DNA of 63,592 nucleotides, the filler included, from Licmophora abbreviata (Eukaryota), in assembly GCA_900291995.1 (NCBI GenBank). It is 10 parts of 10 records of this genome, joined end to end, with 100 filler letters (N's around TTAATTAATTAA, not from the genome) between each part and the next. Parts side by side here need not be neighbours in the genome. Positions count along the whole stretch, not along the records: positions 1 to 8,003 come from OLMU01003068.1; positions 8,104 to 12,752 come from OLMU01003069.1; 8 more parts are not named here. The stretch is one strand, 5' to 3'. Made by a program: the position numbers and the translations under genes. The notes below the pieces were generated by a model. That model saw only the letters and a list, made by a program, of their open reading frames with translations, was not told the DNA's origin and did no database searches. Below, piece after piece: positions 1-11,100 of the stretch. The first letter of the stretch is position 1; each line of letters starts with the position of its first letter.

Positions 1-1
1 G

Positions 2-274
2 GTAGCACCGTCGTCGACACCCTCCTCTTCCCCGAGCCATGCGCCGTCTGTTGCCCCATCGATCCTCCCCAGCCACGTCCCGTCCCAGTCTCCCTCAAGG
101 GCACCGCTCGACTCGCCAGTGACTTCTTCCCCAGGTCTGTCAACTTCGCAGAGTCCAGTAGGTACACGGACAGATTCGAGAAGCGAGCCCACCTCCGGGG
201 CGCAATCGAGCGCCGCAGAACAGGTCTTATTAATCCCATTGCTCATTGCAGTCGCTCTTCAAGCGATCATATAA
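2..274 (+). CDS. 3' end of a Pro/Ser-rich cell-surface protein with a probable GPI-anchor signal (5'-partial)
   Basis: Frame from base 2 is open to TAA at 272-274: VAPSSTPSSSPSHAPSVAPS...EPTSGAQSSAAEQVLLIPLLIAVALQAII*. PS-repeat stalk, small-residue omega region, hydrophobic C-terminus. Absent from the ORF track because it has no start codon. Confidence 0.75.
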   Translation, partial: VAPSSTPSSSPSHAPSVAPSILPSHVPSQSPSRAPLDSPVTSSPGLSTSQSPVGTRTDSRSEPTSGAQSSAAEQVLLIPLLIAVALQAII

Positions 275-283
275 AACTTGTAT

Positions 284-2626
284 TTAGAGAATCTCCTCGT
301 CTTGACTGTGACACATTTTGATAGAACTGAAGCGATGCACTGGTCGGCCCACTGAGACGTTTTCTTGTGTAGATTCGTCTTCATTGGTAGTTGGGAGAGT
401 CAATGCCTGAGCGCGACGAACCTGCCAAATTCTCCCAACAAGTATCCCCAGTGTGACGACCACCAGTACGACGATTACCACAGAAAACAGTAGCAGCAGT
501 GACATACCAGAGTCCCCAGATCTATTAAGAGATTCGAGATTTTCTCCTGAGCTTGGGCAAGTATTTCGTCGAAATCAACCCCGAAGTAGTCCAGCACGAC
601 AGAAAGATCAGTGGGGGGAGCAGTTGGACCAATTGAAAACACGCCCGAGGGCTCCCCAGATGGGTCCTGCGATGGTCCTGGAGATGGGCCTGGTGACGGG
701 GTTTCTGTAGGAAGGAGGACGAGATTGAAATTTGTAGGCTCTGATGATGAAGCCATTGTTGGACTGGGAGAGGGTAGCGCCGATGGAATATTGGTTGGCC
801 GTCCTGAGGGCTCGACCGACAAGGCGAGTGACGGTAAGCCTGAAGCTACGATAGTAGGTAGACTGCTAGGTGTAGAAGTCGGCTGAGTCGATGGATATGA
901 AGAAGGCGTTGCAGAGTCGTCCACTGTCGGCGTCGCGCTTGGCAACATGGTGGGCGCCGTAGGTGACAATGAGGGCGTAGCCGTCGGTGAAAATGTAGCG
1001 TCGTCGAATCGAAGCGCGACTACTCGTCCATAGACGTCCGAGTAAACCAAGAATTTTCCATCGCCGGACAACGTAAATTCAGCTTCGACATGCAGCTGAC
1101 ACGCTTTGCTGCCCGTGATGTCCTCACAACTGAAGTCTGAAAGCACCATCCCTGATGCAGTATGATATTTCCTAAGCAGACCTTTTGTTTTCTGCGGAAA
1201 AAAGGAGATGCTAGGATGAGACAGTAGCCACAATGATTGCTGTTGTAGATTGAAAGATAATGCCACTTACCGACATTGAGTATAGGTAGTTTCCATCTAA
1301 TGTCATATGACTCGAAGCGTAGGTAGGTGCCTCGCCAGTATCGATCCAAAGTAGATCACCATTTGTCGCGTTCAGACAGAAAACGCTGTTCCCGGCTGAA
1401 GAGCTACAAACTCGAGAACTGTCTGCGGATACTACTGCTCGGGTTGATATTGCTGCATGTCACGATTGAGGTACGATTGGATGGCAAACAGTGAGCAACG
1501 AGCACATGCAGATGCAGTCAACGGTCTTGCATGTTTAGCGAGTCGACAACTTACGTGCGGATGCGTCCGTGGAGTTTGGGTCCACAGCCACTGACCAAAG
1601 TGGTTTGAGTGCAAAAGCATGATCAGCTGGCCATCCATGCAGACAAGACCCCTGTCCCCCGATCCACATGGAACTTTCATCCACTGAGAGGGTGGGAGGT
1701 GCAACTGTGCTCCACGAGGTTCTGCTCAATCCAGTAATATGAAACGTCGCGGCATCAAATCTGTACAATAAGCCGAATGACCCTCGACCTTCGCTCCATG
1801 CCTCACCCCAGTAGACACGGTCAGACCCATCCGACCTTGTCACAACCGAGACCGATCCAAACGGAGCGTCCTTTTCAGCAAACCCCAGAGCCCCAGCTCC
1901 ATTCATTGGTACCTCGCCTCCCATCCCATGGAAATCGTTTCGAAAGACAGACAGTCGTCCCCGCATGTAGCCCTGAAATGTTTCACTCCAAGTGTTGTGA
2001 GTAATGAAGACCATTTCTCCATCCCCTCCCACTTGGGGTGTCCCGACAGCAATCCCCTCGAGCGTCACTTCCCATCGTTTGGCTCCGGACGGATACACTG
2101 CGATAACACGACTGTGGCGAATGGTTAGAAAAAAGCTTTTTCGGTCGACCATACTGCGCGATACGCTTTTTCCATCTTACCTTGTTATATTTCCCCCCTC
2201 TGTTGTCGGTCGATCTATGACGGCGTACACACCGAACTGAACTCCTCCTGACTGTGACTGGGACAGCGATATGGAGGATTGACTTTCCGTGCTTCGGTCT
2301 GGCGGCAGCACTGGATCGTATCTTATTTCGCTGACGCCGGCTCCACTCTGCGGTTGTTGTAGTATTCTAACGGAGCCATCATGAGTCGTCACCCAAACGT
2401 CGCCGCCCTCGTGTGTTGCCACGACCCCATTTCCTCGTCCAACTCTCGGGCCACCTAGGGTACCGCCGCCCTGTATCACATACTGCCAAATTGGGACGGC
2501 CGAATCTACCGCAGGACTCGAAAGAGCACACAGTAAAAGCACCAGCAAGGAGGATGTGCTGTCACGCGAACGCATTCTGCGAAAGGTCCTCATTGGGCGT
2601 GATTGTCTTATTTGGGCAGTCGCCAT
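284..2626 (-). CDS. PQQ/BamB-like beta-propeller surface protein with P/T/S-rich stalk and C-terminal TM helix (4 exons, one apparent frameshift)
   Basis: Exons 2626-2181, 2111-1555, 1452-1271, 1191-284. GTAAG..CAG introns at 2180-2112, 1554-1453, 1270-1192 keep frame. Signal peptide LLVLLLCALSSPAVDS; blade motifs VIAVYPSGAKRWEV and VFCLNATNGDLLW; PT/PS stalk. The TM segment (MSLLLLFSVVIVVLVVVTLGILV) is reached only by adding one base to the G4 run at 514-517. Confidence 0.75.
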
Positions 2627-2969
2627 GGGCCTTTGTACGTTCCCGATACGACCTCGTCACATCGAAATCTGGCATTCCAAGACATCTCGTGTGTAGTTTC
2701 CTGGTACGAATCGAGCCCAACATCCGTTCAACGCATGCTTGTCTAAGTAGAATAGAGCACATGTCAGTCTAAGTAAAGCAGGCAACTCCGCAACGCGCAC
2801 CTCTGTCTATAAAAAAACGCCGGTCAGTCATCATGGTGAACCTGTCACATGCGTTGAGCGCCGGCGAGCTGTTCTGAACTGATGGTCGTTCGGAACGGTA
2901 GGCTGGACAGACCTTCCCGCTTTGTACATCGGGACTGACGGAGACCAGTCACGAGTCACGAGGCGACCT

Positions 2970-2990
2970 GAGAGAGAGAGAGAGAGAGAG
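2970..2990. repeat. (GA)n microsatellite
   Basis: gagagagagagagagagagag read directly. Confidence 0.95.
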
Positions 2991-3222
2991 CGCTCTTAGT
3001 TGAAACTCGAGGCTATGGTCTCCTATGATATGTGTGGACGGACGGGAAAAGCTGTCTCTCTGGTTGCAAGTACATCATTTTTAGCTTCTATTAGTACCAC
3101 CCTACATTACGCGGATCTGCGTCGCGGGCTCGCAGTCCGTTTGCATGCGCTCGCTCTATTTTTGCAAACGCCTTGACGCCCAAGATAAAGTGCACTGCAC
3201 CACACTCTATAACCTGACACTG

Positions 3223-4365
3223 TCATCGGCGGGAATGTTTTGCAACAAAAATAATGTCATCATCGGTACCAGTAGCCCGCCATGCTCGCTCGAGCCTCGA
3301 AGGGCTAACGTATTCCGTCTCTTCGGGACTTGCCGGATTCTTGATGACCATGCAATAGTCATTCCGATCAGCCGAGGATCGTTCTCCTCGCATTCTACCC
3401 CATGATGCTTTTTGAACACACGCTGGGTCATGACTGATACCACTCACAATCACATAGTGACCAGAGTAGTAGTCGTCTTTCTTACCAAAAGACTTTGTCC
3501 CGGAAATATCCCGTAAAATCGAGCCATCCAGAAGCATCATGGCAACACAATCTTCTCGCGATATGACTTCCATCACTCTGTCCCACTTTAGATGTTGGAT
3601 AGATAGCATGGGCAATTCTTTGCGTCGTGCCTCTTCGAATCGTTTCTGCACCCGAGCAGCATCGTCCTGAAAGGCGCGTTCGTAATACGCCAACCATCCG
3701 TGCGCCGTGTCCACGCGTAACGTTCTCGAGCACATCAAGAAGGATGCCTCAGGATAGCGTTCTGTTAGTATTGTTTCATATACTGTTTCGTCTCGTATCT
3801 TCTCCTCTGATGGCGACGATAAGATATGATCCAACAACAATATCAGTTCCACAGTCCAAATGGACTTGGTTCCAAGAAACTGTAGCATTTCTTGTCGTTC
3901 CTTCCATTCAGCAGCGGATGTTGGGTCGTCCACACTACTACTGAGGCAGAGGTCATCACTCCGCAGCCATTTCAAGATAATTTGCAAACACGCGACTCCA
4001 CAGTCCCATTCATCCGATTGATGAAAGTTCACGAGTCGAGTCGGAGCCGCCCGTAGTTTGGAATATGGACTGGTATGGTGCAGTAGACTGTGTATAGCTG
4101 CATGAAACTGTTTCTCTTCCTCGTCGTGTTCATCTTGTGATTCTTCTTCTAGTAATGGGGAAGAGGAGGATGGTGATGATGGTGATGCGCTAGAGATCTT
4201 CTCTTTCGTCGTCGTCACCACCACCATAGACGGTGGTGGCGTTCTTGCGACCTGTGATGATGACTCCGTAGGCTTGTTCTTGTTGCTCGGTGACGACAGC
4301 CAGCGACGAGGGACCAAGTTTTCCCCGAAGCAATGAAAAGCTTGCTTCATCAACCTTGAGACCAT
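3223..4365 (-). CDS. GUCD1: GUCD1-like protein (Guanylate_cyc_2 family, peptidase C39-like fold)
   Basis: Family motifs HQSDEWDCGVAC, KSIWTVEL, YSGHYVIVSG, KNPAS and ERAWRATGTDDDIIFV; single exon. Confidence 0.85.
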   Translation of the reverse strand: MVSRLMKQAFHCFGENLVPRRWLSSPSNKNKPTESSSQVARTPPPSMVVVTTTKEKISSASPSSPSSSSPLLEEESQDEHDEEEKQFHAAIHSLLHHTSPYSKLRAAPTRLVNFHQSDEWDCGVACLQIILKWLRSDDLCLSSSVDDPTSAAEWKERQEMLQFLGTKSIWTVELILLLDHILSSPSEEKIRDETVYETILTERYPEASFLMCSRTLRVDTAHGWLAYYERAFQDDAARVQKRFEEARRKELPMLSIQHLKWDRVMEVISREDCVAMMLLDGSILRDISGTKSFGKKDDYYSGHYVIVSGISHDPACVQKASWGRMRGERSSADRNDYCMVIKNPASPEETEYVSPSRLERAWRATGTDDDIIFVAKHSRR

Positions 4366-4795
4366 TGTGTGTAATAAGATGCGAGAGAACCAGACTGTAT
4401 AGTGGAGCTATTATAGTGTACGATAGAAGCTGAGGTAGTGTTGCGTCCTTTGAGCACTTTCCACATGTGCCATTCATTCAGCAAAGGTTTTTGAATCAAT
4501 GTGTTCGCCTGCTTGGGAGGCTTTTCTCATGAAAGCTTCAATGAATCATGCCCGAGGGGTGGTGATAGTGCGAAGTGTTGATGTCCCTTCGTGCTTAACG
4601 TTGATGTGTGTGTGTTCTCTGCGCGCGGCTCTGTGCAGGGTTGAAAATTGGCGAAAACTTCCGAATTTGTGCAGTCGCAAAAACACAAAAACACACACAG
4701 CATCACTCCTTGCCGTCTTTACATACACGCCCCCGATCCATTCCATCTGCACTTCTCTCGTCATCCCCAGGCCCAATACTAAGTATGATACTGCC

Positions 4796-5714
4796 ATGAA
4801 CATTTCCTTGTCGAAATCAAAAAAGAAAAAGAAACAATACGGCTTGCTGAACAATCCGACCGTCGTGGCGGCAGGATTTGGTGGCGACGACGACGATGAG
4901 ATAGACAGCGACAAGGAGGCGTCGTCTTCCGGAAGGGCCCACATAAATCGTGATTTGGCCATGGAACAGGCAGCATTGCGAAAACGTGCGGCTGCATCAC
5001 TCGAACAAAATTCCGAGATTTACGATTACGATGGCGCCTACGATTCCTTTGCGCGGGCCTCTGGCACAAACAACGATACCAAAGATAACGACAACAGCAA
5101 GAAGAAAGAGTCGTTACGTGGAAGACTTACTCAAGGCAGCCAAAAGACGGGACAAAGAACGTGATGTCATTTTGGAACGCAAGATTGCCAAGGAACAACA
5201 AGAAGAAGAAGATGATGACGACTTTCACAACAAGGACAAGTTTGTCACAAAGGCCTATCGGAAAAAACTAGCGGAACGGGAATTGTGGGCACAAGAAGAA
5301 GCTGTACGAGAACAACAGGAACTCAAGGAAGATGTTACGAAAAAGAAGGGAGGAATGGCATCGAGCTTCTATGGAAACTTGAATCGGAATGTGGCCATGG
5401 GTGGTGGTGGTGACAATATTACACATGAAACAAACGTCAGTAACGCTAGTAGCAATCGAAACGACGCCGACGAGGTACTGGAAGATACAGAAAAGAGTAA
5501 GAATCCCGGCTTTTTCATGGAGGGTTTTGAACTGACAAGTGGTGGGGGTGGAAATGTCGATTCGAAACCAACATCACAGGACGATGCGGCCGAACTTCCA
5601 TCAAAGGAGCAAGCTGTACGAAATGCTCGTCAAGACAAGGTCGCTCGGGCAAGGATGCGATACTTTCAGCGAAATGGGATATCGGAAGAATCGATCGCCG
5701 ACCCTGCGCAATAA
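4796..5714 (+). CDS. NSRP1: Nuclear speckle splicing regulatory protein 1 (NSRP1/CCDC55-like), one frameshift near 5105-5113
   Basis: IYDYDGAYDSF in one frame; SRYVEDLLKAAKRR..ERKIAKEQQEE..KDKFVTKAYRKKLAER in the next. Frames switch at aaagagtcgttac with no room for an intron. Confidence 0.82.
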
Positions 5715-5974
5715 CGATGGAGAAAACGTGAAAAGTATACACTGTGCTGCTTGAAGTGAGTCCTACATCCAAGCGTAATCATATCTATAACCGTATCATC
5801 ACTCTAAACTACCCTTTGGAACTAAAGAAGACGTCATCCTTGTCATGCTGCATGGGTTTCGACAGAATCTCCGTGTGCATCCTACTCTCTTGCTTGCAGC
5901 TACACGATGCTTCGTCGCCGCTCGACCCACCGTCCTTCAAAGTTCTACTATCATACTCCCAAAAATGCTCTTGT

Positions 5975-6598
5975 TCAAAATGTCAGTCCCTCTGCCGGCT
6001 GACGCAGTCGACGATTCTGATCCGTGCACATTTCCATTCGAATCGACAATAGGACTTGCTCGATGCCCATATTTCGATTCCAGTGGCGCATGGCCGGTAC
6101 CTTGTGGATCAAGACCTTGCCCGTCTTCTGGTCGACGCAGGACATGTTGACGCGAGAGACAAAGCGGACGGCCGGGGGAATGGCGGGGTACTTTTCAGGA
6201 CAGTGAATTCGTAATTCGTAAAAGCGACCGTCGTGGGGAGTCTGTGACAATGTGTGAAACAAGCTTAGGGTGAGAGAACGACTGCCATGACAAGAGAGAG
6301 ACCTTGCAAGCATGATGGCTCGTGTGTAATCTCATCGTGTCGTTGAGAAGTCATCAGTCTGTTGCAATACAGTAATTTCCATAGTCCAATACATAAATTA
6401 GCGTATTCCAATACGATTTCGTACCCCGTGAGGACCCAAGAACCCCCCATTCCAGTCGGAGAGGAAGGTGTCGCCCGAATCGACCAATCCAAAGGAAACG
6501 GACATTTCTCCCTGTCCCTTTTCGCTCTTCTCCAGCTCCTCGAGCAGTTTGAAGTTGCGAGGGACAATCACGGTCTCTCCGGAAGCTGCTTTCTGCAT
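5975..6598 (-). CDS. UBE2V: Ubiquitin-conjugating enzyme E2 variant (MMS2/UEV1), 2 exons
   Basis: Exon 1 6598-6425 (VPRNFKLLEELEKSEKG..VSFGL..WNGGFLGPHG); intron 6424-6242 (GTACGA..CAG); exon 2 6241-5975 (TPHDGRFYELRIHCPEKYP..RLRQPAEGLTF). Confidence 0.95.
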
Positions 6599-6840
6599 GA
6601 TAATGGGACGACGAGGACAATGATGCTGTGTGTGTTCTGATCTTGTGTGTGTGTTCATGCGCCGCGTAGGGTCTTTTCGTAAAGGGAGACCCGGATGAGT
6701 CTTGCCGCCTATCGGGCTAAATTTGAAACGAAACAAAAGACAAACATCATCGCAGACCATGATGAGGATGGCGACGCCGACGACCGCATCCACCACGTCC
6801 ATCACAACAACAGCAATCACTACTGCTGCCTCGAACAGCA

Positions 6841-7935
6841 ATGGCACTGACAGGAGACGATGAGGAGAATGGCATGATGAAAGTGAAGAAGACGAGCAGT
6901 GACGAAGCCTTGTGCGAAATGCTGGGTTTGGATTCCAAAACATCCTTTCGAATGAATATCGTAGAGCACGACGACGACGATAGTACAGCGCACCCTTCAC
7001 AATTCGGTATTCCGAAGAAGTCAGCGCAAGAGATTACCGAGTGTGTAGATGTTACAACAGCAGTGTTGTATCAGAGCGAGTCCATGTGTATTGTACCTGA
7101 AAAGCTATGGGTACCAGCGGCCGTCATGAGGAAACTGACGGACGAATTGGTCTGGGCCGGCGAAGATACTGCAAAAGCGACCCGTACGTACGAAACGATT
7201 CGGGTGTGGCGTACAACCAACAACGAGGGCGTTCTGGAAGAGCGACGAACCTTGACGCGACTCGAGGATTTTGTGAATCATCATGCGGGCTGGAACGAAC
7301 TCTGCAATGAGTACCTGCGAAAGATCATTTCGGCCATTGCGGGGACCGAAATGGTGCTCTTCAAGGAGAAATTGAATCTCAAACCTCCTGGGGGGAGTGG
7401 CTTTGCGCCTCACCTTGACACGCCTTCCTTGCGAGTGGCGCTGGGAGACAAAGGGCCAACAACGTTCGTGACAGTCATGGTAGCGATTGACAACATGACG
7501 GTACAGAATGGATGTTTGAGAGTGTGCAAGGGACCGTGGTCAAAAGACAATTGTTGTGCAGTGATCCACCCAGAACAAGATGGAAATCCAGATGCAGGCG
7601 GTAGGGCTGGCGCGATTCCAGAGCACGTGGCGGAGACGATGGACTTTCAGAATATTACGTGTCGGGGTGGCTGTATTGTGGCGTTCCATGGCTGGGCGCC
7701 GCACCGCTCGTCTGCCAATCAGTCACCGTTTCCACGAAGGGCAGTCTTTCTCACATACAATCCAAAAAGCGAGGGAGACTTTCATGATCGATACTATGAA
7801 CGCATGGAGGAGATACGAAGTGAATGGAAAAGTCGGGTTGGGCTGAGTGATAATGGTGATAACAACCAGCGTCTCAATATGGATGCCGTCGAGGAGAGCG
7901 AACTGGACGCTCTCTCTACGATACCCAGAATATGA
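6841..7935 (+). CDS. PhyH-family Fe(II)/2-oxoglutarate dioxygenase
   Basis: LFKEKLNLKPPGGSGFAPHLD (HxD), VAID..TVQNGCL, FHGWAPHRSSANQSPFPRR (distal His and 2OG-binding Arg). Confidence 0.88.
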   Translation: MALTGDDEENGMMKVKKTSSDEALCEMLGLDSKTSFRMNIVEHDDDDSTAHPSQFGIPKKSAQEITECVDVTTAVLYQSESMCIVPEKLWVPAAVMRKLTDELVWAGEDTAKATRTYETIRVWRTTNNEGVLEERRTLTRLEDFVNHHAGWNELCNEYLRKIISAIAGTEMVLFKEKLNLKPPGGSGFAPHLDTPSLRVALGDKGPTTFVTVMVAIDNMTVQNGCLRVCKGPWSKDNCCAVIHPEQDGNPDAGGRAGAIPEHVAETMDFQNITCRGGCIVAFHGWAPHRSSANQSPFPRRAVFLTYNPKSEGDFHDRYYERMEEIRSEWKSRVGLSDNGDNNQRLNMDAVEESELDALSTIPRI

Positions 7936-8003
7936 GTGAGCTGCATGTAAAATAACACTACGACTGTAGTACCGGTATATGCTCTCACGACGCCAAAGCC
8001 GCT

Positions 8004-8103
8004 NNNNNNNNNNNNNNNNNNNNNNNNNNNNNNNNNNNNNNNNNNNNTTAATTAATTAANNNNNNNNNNNNNNNNNNNNNNNNNNNNNNNNNNNNNNNNN
8101 NNN
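8004..8103. other. Artificial scaffold spacer
   Basis: N44-TTAATTAATTAA-N44; stops in all six frames. Confidence 0.97.
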
Positions 8104-11100
8104 GTGCTTCTTCGACTTGGGCCTTGGCTTTCGCACTGAAGGACTCTCCAACCCATTGTCCAAGATCGACAACTTGTTCCTGTGATGATGATGACGCCGT
8201 AGTCCTTGATGACTTGTCATTCGAGTAGAGCGCTCGCGTAAGAAGTAGATCAGGCAAACCACCACTGTAGTGTCGATAGTCAAACATCAGAGCGCGGAAC
8301 ATCGCCGCAAGCTGCACACCCCCGAATCCAGCGGCAAGCATAGATAAAGTTCGGACCTGCTGGAGATCATTCATAAGCGAAGCGTGTTCGGTCTTCTGTG
8401 TCCCGGCGAGTTCCAAGCGCCGAATAATCGTATCATGCACAAGATCGCTTATTGCTTGGCTGTCCAATAGCTCAAGCTTTCGAAGGTATGCATCAGTCTT
8501 GTCTCGTCTTCGTACGTAAAAACCCCGCATCTTAAACGAGCTTTCAATGTTGTCGACGGACGGCTTCGAGACTGGGGCTGTCCAGAATCCAACATGTAAA
8601 TCGTGCGGTGCCCCTTGATACGGAGTTAGAAAGATTGTTCGATGTTCAAGTTCGTCGCGCGAAGTTGCAGGCTCCTCGCCACAACCCGAGTCCATCCCGA
8701 AAACAGCTTCAGCGCAAATGATGCGAAAAAGCGCACGAATGTGGCCTCCTTCGTCATGCCATCCCTGCCAGCCACCACCTGCGGTGAGCTTGTTGCACGG
8801 AGCTTCGGCCGACGGGAGTCTGCCTGTGCCGTAGAATTCCATGGCGAGCTCCTCGACGTTCAGAGACGACGTCTGGACAATGTCAGTCTCTCTGTCCTCA
8901 AAACCGACAAAGCTACAGCGTCGTCCTACAAGTTGCTCGTCTGTGCCCATAGCGTTTGCGATTGCAGTGTCAGTTGTCGGTGACCAATCCGAATAGCCTT
9001 TTCTGGCCGGATTTCTTTCGTCCTGTCTAGATGTATTCCCAAGACGCAGACTGAGCTCGTCTCGCTCTGGGCACTGCGTTCCCTTCATGGCATCGGCGAG
9101 CGGAGTTCTCGTTCGTCGGACTAGAGATCGCAAAGCAGAAAAAGGCACAACAGCAGTGCACGCGAGGTGAGGAATGAGATCCGAACACATGCTGGCGACG
9201 ACTGACTGCGGCGTCAGTCTCTGCTGACCCTGCGACCGCTTCGAAGACTCCTTTTGTCTTGCTTCCTCAACAGCGTCAACCTTGACTTGCCGTCGCAACA
9301 AATGAGTGTAGTCAATCACCAGGCGCTCGAAAAGCTTTCCCCTTGTTCGCCGCGAGACCAGAAGCTCCCCGAGTGAGAAGCCCCGTTCACATCTCGTTGT
9401 ATTCATCCAAACGGCAGCTGAAGGACTACCAAGACTTTGAGTCGAGAGTAGTTTTTCAAGTGGCAACGAGCCAAATAATATGGACTCAATGGCACTTGCA
9501 GCGAGGCCGTATAACCCGGTACGTTCCAGGACGGCTATCGAGTCCCAAAGGGCATACGTTAAGACTGCATCCCACCACAAATGCCGTAGCCATGGTCTTG
9601 AAGACAAATGACTCAGCTCGTCGCTCGCAACGGACTTCCACCGCGTAAGTAGAATTTTGATGATAATAATTGAGATCACACAAACGATTCTTTCGCAGTC
9701 AGAGAGACTGGAGGACAGAGTGTCAGGTGCGTCCTGTTCGAGAGCCAATATTGCATGCTCGACAGCCTTGTGTGACGAGTTTACTAGTAAAACACTTCTT
9801 TGTGTTTGATGCGCACTGCGTATTTCGTCGCTTGGTCCTGCGAGTAGCCTCGAGATCAATACTCTCCTTCCGGAGGGGGACAACAATTCAAGAAAATCTA
9901 CGTCTACACCAACCTCGTCGTCGCTCAAATCAACTTGGATTTGGTCTATTTGAGACTTGCCCGAAGGCGCGTTTTCGTGCACTTCGTTCTCACTGTCTTT
10001 TTCCCCTCTGAGCCTTCTGCGCTCTTGATAACGCATCATATCATTAAGCTCGATGAGATAGTCTACCTGAGCTCTTAGCTCAACGGCCGCTTCCCATGAC
10101 TTGAAAGCAGCGACAGACAGAAACACTTGTTCCATCGAGTCTGTCGATATAACAGTGGCGTCGGGCGATAGGTCACGCGTCTCTCTTTCATTTAATGAAG
10201 CTCCTTCCGTACAGGCAATGAAGGAGTAGCAGTTAAGAAATGAACACTTGGCCAGTCCGAATCGATGTGACATGGCTGGGTACGACGCCTGGTGAAACGT
10301 ATGAGCCCCCGGTGGTCGTACAACATTGAAAAGGGGAATATCAAGATCGGAAGAGTGTACGTTTATGTCAAGGAGACTTTTCCATCCGTTTGTACCGTCG
10401 CCTCGCATGTCACCAGGTCCATGCGTAGCACAGAGGTAGAGACGCGCTGCACGGCGCAAAGCAAATAGCGGATTCTCTCGGAGCCTAAAACATAGTGCAT
10501 TTGGCACTGCGCTTCTTCCCCGACCATCGATCAGACTTGGTATGGATTTTTGAATGATCCGCTTCACGTCCGATACACACTCTCGAAGGAGGCGCGCGGG
10601 TATAAAGTCGACAGTACTACACTTCATGACAATACAACGAGCGAGCTTGTCGAACAGCTCAGCATCGACGTGCCGGCGAACAGGAAGGAGTGACGTACTT
10701 CTTCTTGAGCCGCCATGAGCCGCCAACCCGTACAACATGGTCTTCTGTTGACGCATGTGTTTCCATATCGTATTCTCAACCGGACGCATACTCCATCGAT
10801 CACCACTTGTAGAGTTGTTGTCTCCGTGTCGCCGCTGCTTCTGTTTATCCTTGCACCCTAGCTTCGCCAGAATGCAACGGCGCTCTTCTGCAGTTAGAAT
10901 GACGCCAGAGCCCTCTCGCGTTACCGCTCCTACCGTCTTTCCGCATTCCTCCTCGCTATGGAAGGATCGAATCAGCCCCAGGGTACGAAGGCGGTCGATG
11001 TCATCGAAGAGATCATCGACGGCCGCCAAATGTAGGCGAAGACTCTCTTCGTCAATGACATCTTCTCTCGTGCGACCTGAATTGCCCCCCGATGACTTTC

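Noticed and set aside
6599..7000. Long N-terminal extension of the UBE2V ORF (6398-7000)
   Set aside because: Overlaps the divergent PhyH gene; conserved UEV sequence begins after Met 6598.
8048..8059. Recurring palindrome TTAATTAATTAA (nine copies) as a biological repeat, CRISPR repeat or piggyBac TTAA site
   Set aside because: Always centred in 44+44 Ns; an artificial six-frame-stop linker. ORF tails such as XXXLIN are artefacts.
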